Program-made: the position numbers and the translations under genes
Assembly: GCF_006345805.1 (NCBI RefSeq)
Contig: NC_042999.1
Location: 144,212,001 to 144,276,000 of the forward strand
Reading direction: 5' to 3'
DNA from: Octopus sinensis
Taxonomy: Eukaryota
DNA: 64,000 nucleotides
The notes under the pieces: generated by a model
The model's input: only the letters and a program-made list of their open reading frames with translations
Database searches by the model: none
What the model was told of the DNA's origin: nothing
Shown: positions 1 through 13,759 of the stretch, in pieces
Layout: every line of letters starts with the position of its first letter
How positions within the stretch are numbered: the first letter of the stretch is position 1

Positions 1-663
1 GACAATTTCATAGGGATGTTGAAGATAAAACAGAGATAAAAAAAGATGGCTGTGGATGACTAAAAATGATTTAAAACCGGAAACGGAGGCTCTAATCTGT
101 GCTGCCCAAGAGCAAGAGAAAGTGATAAGTGCAGAATTTGTGGACAAAATGGTGAAAGCGTGTGACATATTCCCAGTCAATGTACGCCACTAACCCAGAA
201 AGAATATAAGAGACGCCACGACGATATAGCCAGGCTTGTCCATTGGACACTTTGCAACAAGTATGGACTTCACAGGGCAAAAAATTGGTACGACCATAAA
301 CCCGAAGGCATCATCGAAAATGATAATGCAATGATCAGCCAAACATAGTCTTAATTGAGAAAGAAAGCAAGCTGTGCTGGACCATAGATATAGCATGAGC
401 AGCTGACAAAAATGTTTGCGATAGGGAAGAAAGAAAAATCGATAGATATGACATGTTAGCTTGGGAGGTAAAGCAGTTATGGTCGATGAAAAAAGTGGTA
501 GTAGTACCAATAATTGTCGCAGCCCTGGGAACAGTGAGTAAAAATTTTGAGAAAACAGCACTGCTTGGAACCGCTCGAATACTCCGGAAGGTGCTCGAAA
601 AATAAGGGGTGTTACCTTAGTTCACTAGTAGTACATCTCCAGTGTTAAAATCTGTGCAAAGGC
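1..663 (+). mobile_element. 3' end of a degenerate R4/Dong-like (RLE-type) non-LTR retrotransposon
   Basis: Manual translation across frameshifts gives WMTKNDLKPETEALICAAQEQ, CRICG, KEYKRRHDDIARLVHWTLCNKYG..WYDHKPEGIIEN, VVVVPIIVAALGTVSK and TALLGTARILRKVLE. This is the CCHC/RHD/RLE C-terminus typical of R4/Dong. It ends directly in an (AAT)n/(GAT)n tract. Confidence 0.85.
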
Positions 664-879
<216 letters not shown>

Positions 880-1429
880 TGAACCATTTGATAACCAATA
901 AATTATTATTCTATAACGGAAGAGAAGTTGCCAGTGAAATGTTAAAAATGGTGGAATCTAAAGTATTTTTACTTAACGTACCGATATCATTTTCATCTAG
1001 ATTTATTATTTATTACGGGCTTGGCGAGAGAGATTTATGGCTTTTAAAAGTAATATATGGTCCGCACAAAGTTTCTACTTTATCATCTATTTTTAAACTA
1101 AGAGCTACTTTTACTTTTTTTGCTTCTAAATTAACAAATACGGTAAGTACCAGAATTGCTTTTTTATATAGGTATTAGTGATATAGTTGAAAAGGTGTCT
1201 ATGTCATTTACGGATATTAGTTTCGCGTATATTTTTGGTCTTGTCTGATTCAAAGGGATTAAGTTTTTAATAAATATATATAAACTATACTTTATGTATT
1301 GAGTACATTTTCTTTCGTTAGATATACAAACGTTCACCAATCCACATGTACTATTCATATGTTTGGGGGTCTAAATGCATGTGTATTTACGTATCTTTGT
1401 ATACATATGCATGTGTGTGTGTGCGAGTA

Positions 1430-1430
1430 T

Positions 1431-1507
<77 letters not shown>

Positions 1508-1557
1508 GATAGATAGATAGAGATAGATAGATAGATAGATATACGCATATAAAGGTT

Positions 1558-1597
<40 letters not shown>

Positions 1598-1606
1598 ACA
1601 CACACT
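1430..1606. repeat. (GATA)n followed by (CA)n microsatellites
   Basis: Directly visible. Confidence 0.97.
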
Positions 1607-2220
1607 CAATCTTATTGTAAATGGAATTTAAAGGGCAAAAATGTTGAGATCCCTATGATTTCAAAGCTTAAAAGGTGTTTTACTTTATGCCTCTACTTTT
1701 AACCCAAGAAATAATAACAACATAAAAAACAACATTCATATTCTGCTTGAAAATAAGAATGAGAAATCTTAGAAAATCAACTTATCAAAAGCAAAAAGCA
1801 ACTGAAAACTTTGAAGAACATTCTAACTTCAGCAAAAGTTTTCAAACAAGTGCCCAACCCCAGGATTACTAAATCTGGTAGACAAAACTATGGTACGTGT
1901 TTGTACATAATTGAAGGTTCGGATTTCAAATTTAAAGATGGACAAGTCTTCAAAATGAATAAAATTTCACTTGCAAAAATCAAAATTTAATTTAGGTTTA
2001 TCACTTCGCAGAAGATTGACGGTGCACAAACAACAAATAAATTATGACAAAACTAGGAAAATCTCGTTACGCAAACATGTAGCAACATGTGCTGGAATGG
2101 AACCGTCAAATCTTAAAATATTTCCATCTTACAACTGCTCGGACTCTACGGTGGAACAATAACGAATAAACAAATAAAGACAATTTATTATAAAATATAA
2201 GCCCAGCTTGAATGGTTGAC
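1607..2220 (+). mobile_element. degenerate Penelope-like element, GIY-YIG endonuclease region
   Basis: Translation LIKSKKQLKTLKNILTSAK..ITKSGRQNYGTCLYIIEG..FKDGQVF..LRRRLTVHKQQI..LRKHVATC..LKIFP is collinear with the clearer copy at 24420-25160. Confidence 0.7.
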
Positions 2221-2736
2221 ATACAATTTCCTTGACTTAAGGGTAATCCGGCTACACGGACATGCACAAGCATTTCACATACTGTTTTGATATATACAAT
2301 ATATCCTTAACTTAAGTGCATGCATATGTGTGCGAATTAACATAGTTTGCACGCGCGTGTGAGTAAAGTAAGCACTTAATTACTTATGACCTGTCTGAAA
2401 ACGAAGTCCAACTAACCACACCTTATGAAAGATGAGTAATCTACCTGTCTACCTATTTATTTGATTATCTCAATTATATCTACCTATCAGTCTCACTAGG
2501 GTTGTTTTCGGTTTAAAAATCCTGACTTGTCACTTAAGTTCCTAACTCAACACTCCCTACTTTAATGCCTAAAAGCTATATCCTTTCATTCTTCGGCTTG
2601 TAACCTGATACCCTACTACTCTGCTCTGAATGAATCAAACTTAAATGAAATATTACACTTGTTTTTGTCACTTCAATTTGTCGAAAAAAGATTACTATAA
2701 TTTTCTTAATGTTATTGTACATTTTCATCAAATTTT

Positions 2737-2812
2737 ATACATACATACATACATACATACATACATACATACATACATACATACATACATACATACATAC
2801 ATACATACATAC
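2737..2812. repeat. (TACA)n microsatellite
   Basis: Directly visible. Confidence 0.97.
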
Positions 2813-2859
2813 AAATTATTCTAATATTTTCTTATTTTTATAAAACTATTTTTCAGTTT

Positions 2860-3398
<539 letters not shown>

Positions 3399-3448
3399 GT
3401 GCGCGTACGCGCAGGTAGGTATGTTTGTGAAAGAGAGAGAGAGAGAGA

Positions 3449-3479
<31 letters not shown>

Positions 3480-3598
3480 CGTGTGTGTGCGTGCGTGTGT
3501 ATGTGTGTGTGTGTGTGTGTGTGTATGTGCGTGCCTGTGTCTGTATTCATGTGCGTGTGTGTACTTATGTGCGCATGTATCTGTGTATGCGTATATGC

Positions 3599-3639
<41 letters not shown>

Positions 3640-4467
3640 CTGACATCTTTCTAAAGTCATCATATTTAGTGAATTCAATGTATGCCGTTCCTTTTAACTC
3701 TCACATATCACCCACGCGACGCGGTTAGAGAAAAAGACATATCGTTGTTTTTTGGGGCTTTTTTTTTTCTTCTGGAGTATCTGCACCTACTGGTAACCCT
3801 AATCGAGATATTTCAAAACACTTTTGAGCAATTTCGAAACTTTTAACCAACACTCACAAACTCTATTGCCACTGGATTGTGTGACCATTGGCTAATCTCA
3901 AGGAAGTGGCCTCGAGAGACACTTGCACTGTACTGCAATGGTGAAAAGGTTAAACTCCCTGCAATCCCCCAACCTACAGACCCATTGAAGAAACTGTTGC
4001 TATCAACTGACCAAGATTCCAAGCACTTCCAAAACAAAATTAGGCAATACAATGCTGCACTACAGATGACATCTTTTGGAGCCACAAGAGATTTAACTGA
4101 GCCAGGATCCATACAAACTTTTAAGATCCATTTATGATCAGATTGGCTCTCAACTACCTCTATCAAATGAATCACCAAAATCGGCCTTTCGTAGTTTATA
4201 ATCTATACCTGTTTTTTTGGTTACCAAATAAGCTACACAAAACGTGTTTTTGAATTACGTGTATTTACTTTACATACATATATGAGTTGAAAACTTTCTT
4301 TTAACATTTCACTTAACGTCTAGGATCTATGCTGACATGGGTTGGAGAGTTATTAATGTAGAAAGTTGGCATCTCAGCTACTAGTAGTTGAGACGTGCGT
4401 AATCTAGACGGCGTCTTTAAATTCCATTATTCTCTTTAATTCGGGCAATGCTGGGCATATCTGCTAG
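3640..4467 (+). mobile_element. internally deleted Helitron carrying a Rep N-terminal coding remnant
   Basis: CNGEKVKLPAIPQPTDPLKKLL..SKHFQNKIRQYNAALQMTSFG..TFK matches the conserved Helitron Rep N-terminal block. The 3' end CGGGCAATGCTGGGCATATCTG-CTAG|T is at 4442-4468. The 5' end is uncertain. Confidence 0.8.
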
Positions 4468-4534
4468 TATATATACATATGTAATGGGAAAATTATACAA
4501 AATTTATAAATAGATGATGAGAAAGCTTTCATGC

Positions 4535-4535
<1 letters not shown>

Positions 4536-4578
<43 letters not shown>

Positions 4579-4634
4579 GTGCGTGTGCGTGGGGGTTGAG
4601 TGTGTGTATGTATGTATATATGTATGTATGTATG

Positions 4635-4668
<34 letters not shown>

Positions 4669-4772
4669 TGTATGTATGTATGTATGTATGTATGTATGTA
4701 TGTATGTATGTATGTATGTTTGTTTGTGTGTGTACGTACGTTTGTATGTATGTGTATGTGTATTTTTGTGTG
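4536..4772. repeat. compound (GA)n/(TATG)n microsatellite
   Basis: Directly visible. Confidence 0.95.
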
Positions 4773-4937
4773 TAACGATATGATATACACATGTATGAAT
4801 GGATGTAGGTAACTTTGCAAACCCTTGGCCTTTTCGAACCACCCTTTTACCAGTCTCACTCGCAATATAATGTTTGTAAACAAACCAGAAGGTTTTATAA
4901 GTTACGGAGAAAAGCTACTCTGGAAGTCTATTAGTAC

Positions 4938-5010
<73 letters not shown>

Positions 5011-5012
<2 letters not shown>

Positions 5013-5566
5013 GCCCTGATGCAGTACCAGGCAGTGGCTCTCATGGCTTCTGATCTTAACTGATTGGAAGTGTTATCATGTACATTGTTTTGTCTTGGTA
5101 TAAAAGATGGGCTACAGCAAATATTCTGCTCAATACCACAGATTTGCTTGTCAGTTGTTTGACCTTAACCAGTTGAGCATGTCCCTTAGTGGCTGACGAT
5201 ATGTGCATCTCTGATCATGAGCAGAAGTAGTGGGGGAGCATCATAGCCATGTGTTGAGAGGGATTCTTTGGGGTTTGAATAATTCACCTCTGGAAACATG
5301 GGTGGTTCTTTCAACATCCTTAAACAACCCTTATTCAGGGACCTTTTGAGCGGGATGGGCTACTCAACCTGAAGAAAATTCTAACTGGGCCCCACCTGCA
5401 AGGTCATGTGCTGTTTATCTTGATATGAGATCACCATGTCGCGCACATATGGTTGTGATGCATGTGCCTGGTGTACCTTTATCAGACGGGTAGTCATGAT
5501 GGGTATATTGGGCTTCGTATATTTTACCCCAGTGTCACTTTGATGGCATGCACTGCTCTCTCACTC
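5011..5566. mobile_element. about 556-bp non-coding interspersed element inserted in an (AAT)n microsatellite
   Basis: Higher-complexity block with sharp boundaries, flanked by (AAT)n at 4938-5010 and 5567-5587. It has no ORF. Orientation and family are not established. Confidence 0.6.
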
Positions 5567-5738
5567 AATAATAATAATAATAATAATATACTCCGACTTA
5601 GGGCGATCTTTATATATAAACAATTGACTGAAAAATGATGAGCTAACCGAAGCTAGAATCGAAACCACAAATCAACGTCTATATGGCTCATTTCATATCC
5701 GATCTGACCAAACGCTCACCCATATATATATATACATT

Positions 5739-6482
5739 ATAATTAATCAATATAGGGTGGCAAAAAATTTTGTAGAATTTTTTTGCCACCAGCGGCCTAG
5801 TGGGAAAAAATTAAATAGTCATAGACCATTTTTAAGTTCAACATCACAATCAAGGAACGGCCATAATAGGCCATTCACCCACTAGAAATAACAGCCAAAG
5901 CTTCAACCGCAAAATAACATTAATTCCGTAAACCAGGAGAAAATTAAAAAACATTTACCCTGTAATTTCTTATACGATGCACCGTTTCATCTACTGTTTA
6001 ATGGTAAACTAACCTGATTAAATTAAATCAAGCCAATCTTCCATAGGCCCTTAGAATCGTCAGTAAGAAATAGCCAGATCGGAACAGATATTTTCACGAG
6101 GCATTTCTGTCCCTGCCTCGGCAATATCTGACCTAAAATTTTCAAATCATCGCACTCGCGCCAAATTTATCGGCAGCAAATAAATATAAGCCGCCGATTC
6201 CATTACGGAATTAACCAGAAAATTCATAATTAATCAATATAGGGTGGCAAAAAATTTTGTAGAATTTTTTTGCCACCAGCGGCCTAGTGGGAAAAAATTA
6301 AATAGTCATAGACCATTTTTAAGTTCAACATCACAATCAAGGAACGGCCATAATAGGCCATTCACCCACTAGAAATAACAGCCAAAGCTTCAACCGCAAA
6401 ATAACATTAATTCCGTAAACCAGGAGAAAATTAAAAAACATTTACCCTGTAATTTCTTATACGATGCACCGTTTCATCTACT
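5739..6482. repeat. 257-bp direct repeat with a 487-bp period
   Basis: 5739-5995 matches 6226-6482, apparently identically. Each copy has a GGTGGCAAAAAATT..AATTTTTTTGCCACC hairpin. Confidence 0.9.
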
Positions 6483-6489
6483 ATATTAC

Positions 6490-7730
6490 ATACTGTTGTG
6501 GCGGACGCCCCCAGGTGTGAGGTGGGCTGGTTCACTACTAATAAATAGTTGACTGACACAGTCAGTAACGTCAGTCAGTCCCGGAGGTATTTTAGGTGGG
6601 GTTTTTTAATCATTTTTGATCCCTGTGAGTTAAATTGTTATATACTTGTTGAAGGTCTCCCGTAAGGGTTAATTTACTTGTTGAATATCATTGTTAAACT
6701 GTTGAATTGTTGTTGCTGTTTTTGTCTGTGAAATTACAATTGTTTTCTTCCCTATTCATGGGTGAAGTAGACAAGAAGCAGAGGATGGAGTGCAAATCAG
6801 TTCTAGCTAGCAGCTATGCTTCAGCCACTGGAAGAAGTTTGACAGCTGACGTGTTGTGGGTACGAGAGATGGGGCAGAGTAAGTTGAAGGAGTTCAACAG
6901 ACTCATAGAGAAAGATGGAACCAGTTTGAGGTTGACACCGCCAGAAAATATAACAGCGAGCGTGACGAAGCGGACAGTGATGTACAGAACGCTGTCCACG
7001 ACATCGAAAAAATAGAAATAGCCACAGTAGAGGCTATAGAGAAATGCTTAAAGGAGGTAAAAATACTCACAACATTTTACACGAGAGGGAGGAAATACAA
7101 GGATGAAAGAAGTAAACTGTTGGGGCTACGGCCTCGAAGTAGCCATCCAAGTCAGTTTACAAGACTTACATAAGATAGCGGAGGAGGTAATACTACCAGA
7201 GGACGTGAAATTGAGAAGTGTCCAGAGAAGGTGGCGGAGGAGTATACGGCGGTGAATAGGAAGAAGAAAAGGAAAGAAGACGAGAACTCACTGCCAAAGA
7301 GTCCACTAAAGAAAAGAAAAGAGAATAAACAAGAAGCACAGCATGAGATACCGACTACATCAAAGAAAACCAACGCGGAAAAACAAGTGGTACTACAGAA
7401 ACAAACAAATAATAAAAAAAGAACCAAAACATAAATGGCATTTGGTAACATATACGAAAAGTACAGAGATAGAGAAGAAAATCACAAAAATGAAATCAGT
7501 AATAAGAGTGAAACTAACGACGGAATACTATCCAGAGAGCACCAAAGCAATTGTTATTGACGACGAGAGATGTGAAAAACTACGAGAACTGTTCGGAAAG
7601 AAGATATACCCAACGGGAGTACGCGTCGAGTTCGACGACTTGCAACCAGTAGTAGAGTACGACAACCTGTTGCCGTACATAAAATGGTAAAAATAAAAAA
7701 AAAATTAAAAAATAAAATAAGTAAGTAAAT
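6490..7730 (+). mobile_element. Tx1/L1-type LINE 5' UTR and degenerate ORF1 (internally deleted)
   Basis: A GC-richer leader is followed by a purine-rich ORF MGEVDKKQRME..SYASATG..KRTVMYRT..EAIEKCL..RGRKY and a basic EEYTAVNRKKKRK segment, with frameshifts and an A-rich end. The SYA and TV-RKK motifs are typical of Tx1 ORF1. Confidence 0.55.
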
Positions 7731-7827
7731 ATTAAAAAAATTTAAATGACTGTAAAAACAGATGCAAAAAGGGAAAGAAAGAGGAAAAAATAACTGATTT
7801 ATAAACGTTAAACGAAAAGCATTTAAA

Positions 7828-8076
7828 TGGTACTGCCTGCGAGTGGAGAACAGGCAAGCCATTTCATCCTCATTGTTATTATCCATTCTTTATTCGTTCG
7901 TTCTGTGTTTCTTGTCCCCACTGTGGTGTTTTGTCTGTCCTTGTGCTGTCCCCTCTGTGTTATGAGCTGCGTGCCGAATAAGGGAAATACAGTCAGCGAG
8001 GTACGCTGTTCGGGCCAGTCCCGCAGAAACGACGAAATACGTCGTCATAAAGCGGGACTTAACATATATCATACTA
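7828..8076 (-). mobile_element. probable solo LTR
   Basis: About 250-bp GC-richer block bounded by TGGTA...TACTA (near-perfect short TIR), with a minus-strand AATAAA and imperfect TAAA/TATA flanks. Confidence 0.45.
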
Positions 8077-8660
8077 TATATAAATAAATATGCAACGGTA
8101 CGGCAATTAAATAACGAAATTTTCAGTGACAGAGAAATTATTCGACTCTAAACTGCAGAAACATGACAAAGATTATTACATCACGGACATTATCAACGTG
8201 AATTGTAGAGAATAAATACTATTAAAAGATAACATGAAACCCAAGAGAAATAGAACGAGTCTGATTATAAAAAGAAAGAACATAAAATTAAGCACGAAAA
8301 GAAAATGGAGCAAAAGTTGAAGGAGAAAGACTAAGATTTACTGAGACAGATAATATCTCACCATTTTATGCGGGTACTACAGATGTATTATAGTGTAAAT
8401 CTCGTGACGTCATGAGGTAGTTACAGCATGCGAATGTACTTTGAATACAGATTCCGTAAATGTGGCGAGCTTGCACGCAATTTCCGTCTACACAACATAA
8501 CTTACAATGCTTGAGGCGACAAGAAACTATAATAGAAGACACTTGTTCAAGATACCACAATAATGAGATTGAACACGATGCCTGACAATCGCGAAGTGAA
8601 CTTCTTCAACATTCGGCCATACCTATGTTCAAACAATACTGGATACATCAGTGGATAGAA

Positions 8661-8790
8661 CATACATACATACATACATACATACATACATACATACATA
8701 CATACATACATACATACATGCATACATACATACATACATACATACATACATACATACATACATACATACATACATACATACATACATGCA
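8661..8790. repeat. (CATA)n microsatellite
   Basis: Directly visible. Confidence 0.97.
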
Positions 8791-8917
8791 TATATATGAG
8801 TATATGGATGCTGGTTATATATGTGTGCATGCGTCAAAATGCTTATACTTATCAAAATACTTTGTTTTTGTATCTAGTTTGCAAGATTCATTATGTGAAT
8901 TCGTGTGTTGAAACAAA

Positions 8918-9180
8918 TTTTGTTGCGTCTGGGGAGGCTCATACTGCCTTAATATCTAAAACACTCACAGGTTCAATTTCCACTCATTTACTTTTATATT
9001 ATATATATATATATATATTTTTTAGTGTCTTCCAAAAGTTTTCGTTGCTTTTGCAACACTGACAAGGTTGCAAAAACAAAGACAAGTTTTGGAAAGCACA
9101 AAAGATAATAATGAGCGGAAATTGAACAGATGAGTGTGTTAGATATTAAGGCAATATGACTCTCCCTGGACACAACAAAA
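8918..9180. mobile_element. palindromic fold-back element (MITE-like)
   Basis: 8918-8988 is the imperfect reverse complement of 9110-9180. The interior TTCCAAAA..TTTTGCAAC/GTTGCAAAA..TTTTGGAA is also inverted. Confidence 0.7.
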
Positions 9181-9955
9181 CTTATCAAAATAACCTTTCT
9201 CTTATTCTTTTATTCTTTGACATCTATTTACGAGTAACTATATGTAGACCCATTAACTGTAAATAAAAAATAAACTACGTCCATTTCATGTCATTCGAAA
9301 CCGCGAAGCCTATAGGCAACCACCAAATAACGACATGCTGTATAATCGAACTAAGCGAAACTGAGTTTATTGAATGAGGTACCTTTTGAAAAGTCATCTG
9401 ACAAGATACATCTACACCGAAGGATGCACTATATCTAGTTGTATAGTACTTCACCCGCGAATGTTCAATGTTAGATGGGTCGAAACGATCGCTGTGATAA
9501 ATAATCTCGTGAATTTCATTTTCTCTTTCCCTCATTTGTTATACATACACACAAACACAAGTGCGCGCGCGCACATACACACACACATACACACAAGCGC
9601 GCGTGCACACACGCACACATACACACACATACGCACACACACATACATGCTTATGAAGACACACACACATACTTGGACTCAAAGAAATTTTTCTCTGAAA
9701 AGCTTTTCTTGAAATTTCCTCTTAAGCAATGCCACAGTGCTTATGTTAAGCAATGGGTGTGGTCTATCGTCTGACATTTCAGTTTCCTCAGACTTTCAGC
9801 AGACAACAAGCAAGGAGAACAATCTGTTTAGTTGCTGTCGAGATATTATGAAACACACTAGTTGGTCATAGTCAATTTCTCCCACTGTCTTCGTTGCTTT
9901 TGCTCTCTCCCACACCATTCTCTCTCCCACTCCTTTCCTCCAATCTCCATCCTCT

Positions 9956-10011
<56 letters not shown>

Positions 10012-10019
10012 TATACATA

Positions 10020-10877
10020 CAGGGTCTGATTCATAGATATCCGGACTGTTGCCATAGTAACGAAGCTAAATCACACAGAGTAAAGCTGCTTGGCACAGGT
10101 CGACCTCGAACTCTGCTTTGCATGCGCACTAAGTTTTAACGTTCTAGTTCACTCTCACTGAATACATCTGTGCTTAGAAGGTAGGTGTGTAGCGTGTGAT
10201 CGTCGCATTCACCACGACAGAGAAAGTTATCATGGCGACACCTACTCAGAGGCCTGCGCAAAGTTGCAGGAAGTGTATGGAGTAAAGTGTATGAGCTGCA
10301 CACAAGTGTACGAGTGGTTCAGACGTTTCCAAGGTGGCCGAAAAAATGACGATATTGGCGAACGTTCTGGGAAACCCGCAGTCAGCAGGACTGAGAAAAA
10401 CATCGAGGAGAAATTGTCGAATCACCATCCGTGAGTTATCAGAGGATGTGCAGATTAGTTACGGTTCAGTTCAGTCCATTATCACTGGATTTGGGTATCT
10501 GCCAAGTTTGTACCAAAACTTATTTCAGCTGACCAAAAAGACATTCAGGTTTCAGTTGCACAAGATCTCCTTGATTGTATCGAGAACGATGAAAACATTT
10601 AAAAAACTTTGCGTATGCCTCTGAACAGGTATCACCAAGCTTTTGGCAAAATTTGATGCAGATTCTCTGTTCAATTTTGTCATGGTCAATGCGACGATCA
10701 CACGCTACACATATTTCTTCGAAGCACTGCTGTAAACAGCGGAAGTGAGCTAGAACGTTAAAACTTAGTGTGCATGCACAGCAGAGTTCGAGGCCGATCT
10801 GTGTCAAGCGGCTTTACTCTGCATACTTTAGCTTTGTTACTATGGCAACAGTCCGGATACTTATTGACCAGATCACG
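10020..10877. mobile_element. non-autonomous mariner made of two inverted 5' ends (about 210-bp TIRs)
   Basis: There is a TA on the left flank and long inverted repeats. The plus strand reads VYEWFRRFQGGR..RITIRELSEDVQISYGSVQSII..AKFVPKL. The minus strand reads IEQRICIKFCQKLGDTCSEAY, the mariner transposase N-terminus. Confidence 0.88.
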
Positions 10878-10887
10878 AATATATACA

Positions 10888-11032
10888 CGTTTCAGTCATT
10901 TGACCGCAGCAGTGCTGGAGCACTCACTACCTTAGAGAGATTCAGTCGAACAAATTGACCCCAAGACTTATTCTATCGGTATCTTTTGCGTCACCAACGG
11001 TTATCAGACGTTGCTGCGGGGACACAGACACC

Positions 11033-11066
<34 letters not shown>

Positions 11067-11249
11067 TAAATTTACAAATATATATACGACGGACTTCTTT
11101 CAGCTTCCGTCTACTAAATCCACTCACAAGGCTTTGGTCGGTTCGAGGTTATAGTAGAAGACACTGGCACAATGTGCCACACAGTGGAACTGAAACCGGA
11201 GCTATGTGGTTGGAAAGCGAATTTCTTTCCACATAGCCACGCCTGCACC
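10888..11249 (-). mobile_element. tRNA-derived SINE (octopus-type, CORE-like body)
   Basis: The minus-strand head GGTGCAGGCGTGGCTATGTGG..GGTTTCAGTTCCA has Pol III A- and B-box-like motifs. The body CCGACCAAAGCCTTGTGAGTGGAT is shared with copies at 28718 and 39787. Confidence 0.85.
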
Positions 11250-11619
11250 AACAAACAGCTAGGCGCAATGTGATACTATAAAGGAATAAAACGCAATCGT
11301 TACTAAGTGTGACAAGGGTGCCGAAGCAGCTACAGAGCTAGAAATAAGAATTAAAATATTCTTAAAGCTGTAGGAAGAGCGTAAATGTATACAGACATGC
11401 TGACAGGGGAGGTTACTGCCCCATGACCGATTCGAGAATCCCCAGACTAGACGTCTAGTTTTGCCTATTCCGTAGGCACCGTCAGTGAGGGCTACTCGAA
11501 CGGCGCATGTTCGGATAATTCCGTATGTCAGTATATATGTATTTACTATAAACATTTATGCATGATTTAGCGGAATACTAATGCGTATACAAAGAATTAA
11601 TATAAACAGTTAGGCTCAT

Positions 11620-11857
<238 letters not shown>

Positions 11858-13684
11858 TGTTTCTTTATTAGCCACACAGGGCTGCACACAGATAGAACAA
11901 ATTACAAGGTAGAGCTTTTCTTTTGGGGGTAAAAAAAAGGAGAGTGGTGGTTTTCGATCAAAAGGGATCGTAAAAGGAAAGAAAAAGGACAAAAAAAAGG
12001 GAGGGGTTAAAAAAAGGGGGGGGAATGAATAATAGGGATCGTTATCACAGAAATGTCAATATGAAGTGTAAAGGGGAGGACAGGTGAGGTTTACCCGTGG
12101 AAAGAAAAGCCTACGGAAAAGACCACGGTAACCTCGGTCAATGAAGTCACATGTTATATTTCTTTTTTTCTTTTTTTGCAAATAAGCAACTCTCTGTATT
12201 AATTTTTATGGTTCATAGAATCATAGTCAAGGTGGCTTCGTCATTCATACGTGCCATTCTTGCTACATTCACCCATCTTTTTTAAAAACATTCACTAGAC
12301 AAAACTTGCCTCTCTACTCTCACTTTCCTTTTCAAGTGGTACTTGAAGAAGTTGATGAGAGATTGACCAGAGAGGAAAGTGTTTGTCTCCAATCCTTTCA
12401 GACGCGTCCACAAGATACATTCCTTCGCCATAGCCACAAGGATGATGAAAATAGCTCTTCCTTCCCGTTTGAAAGAAGGAGGCGTGACGATATTAACGAT
12501 AGACTCGGCTGATAAACCGACACGTCCCACACGTGACAGCAGTCGTTCGACATAAGCCCACAGGTCGGAAATTGCTGGACACTGCACGATTGCGTGCAGA
12601 GCGGTTTCGTCGCTCTGCCCGCATCTCGGGCAGGTCGGCCCCGTGTTTCTCGAGCCATGCCTATAGAGCTTATCCAGAACGGGTAGCGCTTCTCGGTAGC
12701 ACCGCCAGGCCAGGGATCTCTGGAAGTTGTCCATAGGTCCCGGGCCGAAAGTCGTTTGAAACAGGCGGGTCAGGTATTCCTCGTCGACGCCCAGGTTTGC
12801 CCCGAGCTCGTCGTCGTACCTCCCCTCCACTAATCCCCTATAGAATGCTTTGGTTGTGTTGAAGTCACTCAAGGTCGACCCGGGACGGCAGAGTTGCCTG
12901 AGAGCAACGCGACACTCGCGGTGCCATTCGCCCTTCCTCGGCCTCTTTTTGATCCACGACTGTAGTTCGGTCATGGAGACGAGTTGCGGGAATGCGTGCC
13001 TCACAAACGGCGACCACACCTGTTCACCGTCGTCTACATAGAGCCGGAGATGTCGCAGTCTCAGCGCGTGTCTGCGCATCATCAACCACGGCATGCCCAG
13101 CCCTCCTTTTAACGGGTGTTGACAGCAAATGGATCGCCTGACCATCGGGACTCATCCTTTCCACAAGAAGCGGAAGAGGATGCGTTCTAGTTTGGTGATG
13201 GTAGGGTCGGGACAAGGTACGACGGTCAGGCGGTAGTAGATGATGGACGCGATGTACGCGTTCACCACCTCCGCCCGACCTTTTAGGGACAGTTTCCTCT
13301 CGGCCCATTGCTGGGCGAGAGTGACCACCCTACTCGTTATCTCGTTCCAGTTCTCCATTTGGATGTCCGGACCGAACCAGACCCCGAGCAACTCAACCGG
13401 GCCGTCTGTCCAGCGTCCCACGACGGAGGTACTGGTGGACGGCATGGGCTTGCTTCTCCAGGTGCCGAGCCGCAAGCTCACTGACTTTTCCCGGTTGATT
13501 TTTGCTCCTGTCACCGCTTCGTAGTCTTTCAGTGTCTCGTCGACCCGCTCGATGTGCTCGTGGCTTGACACTATGACGGTGACGTCGTCCGCGTATGCAG
13601 ACACGCTCGTCCCGCATCCCAATTCTCGCGGGATGCCCCTTAGAGTCGCCAGCTTCCGCAGTAGTGGCTCAAGAGTCAATACGT

Positions 13685-13685
<1 letters not shown>
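11858..13685 (-). mobile_element. 5'-truncated, young Tx1-clade (L1 group) non-LTR retrotransposon
   Basis: It has RT motifs LYVLTLEPLL, SAYADDVTV and GAKINREKS, then KGGLG and a C-terminal CPRC..ETALHAIVQC zinc knuckle. ORFs 13152-13685 and 12282-13145 are in frame and split by a single TGA. The 3' UTR has AATAAA at 11864-11869. Confidence 0.95.

Positions 13686-13759
<74 letters not shown>

Noticed and set aside
888-1360. Possible LINE ORF1 remnant on the minus strand
   Set aside because: No recognisable motif could be assigned by eye
10888-11249. tRNA genes suggested by A/B boxes (also at 25787, 28718 and 57236)
   Set aside because: No complete cloverleaf or acceptor stem, and the heads continue into SINE bodies
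12306-13617. Overlapping alternative-frame and antisense ORFs within the Tx1 element
   Set aside because: Expected by-products of GC-rich coding sequence
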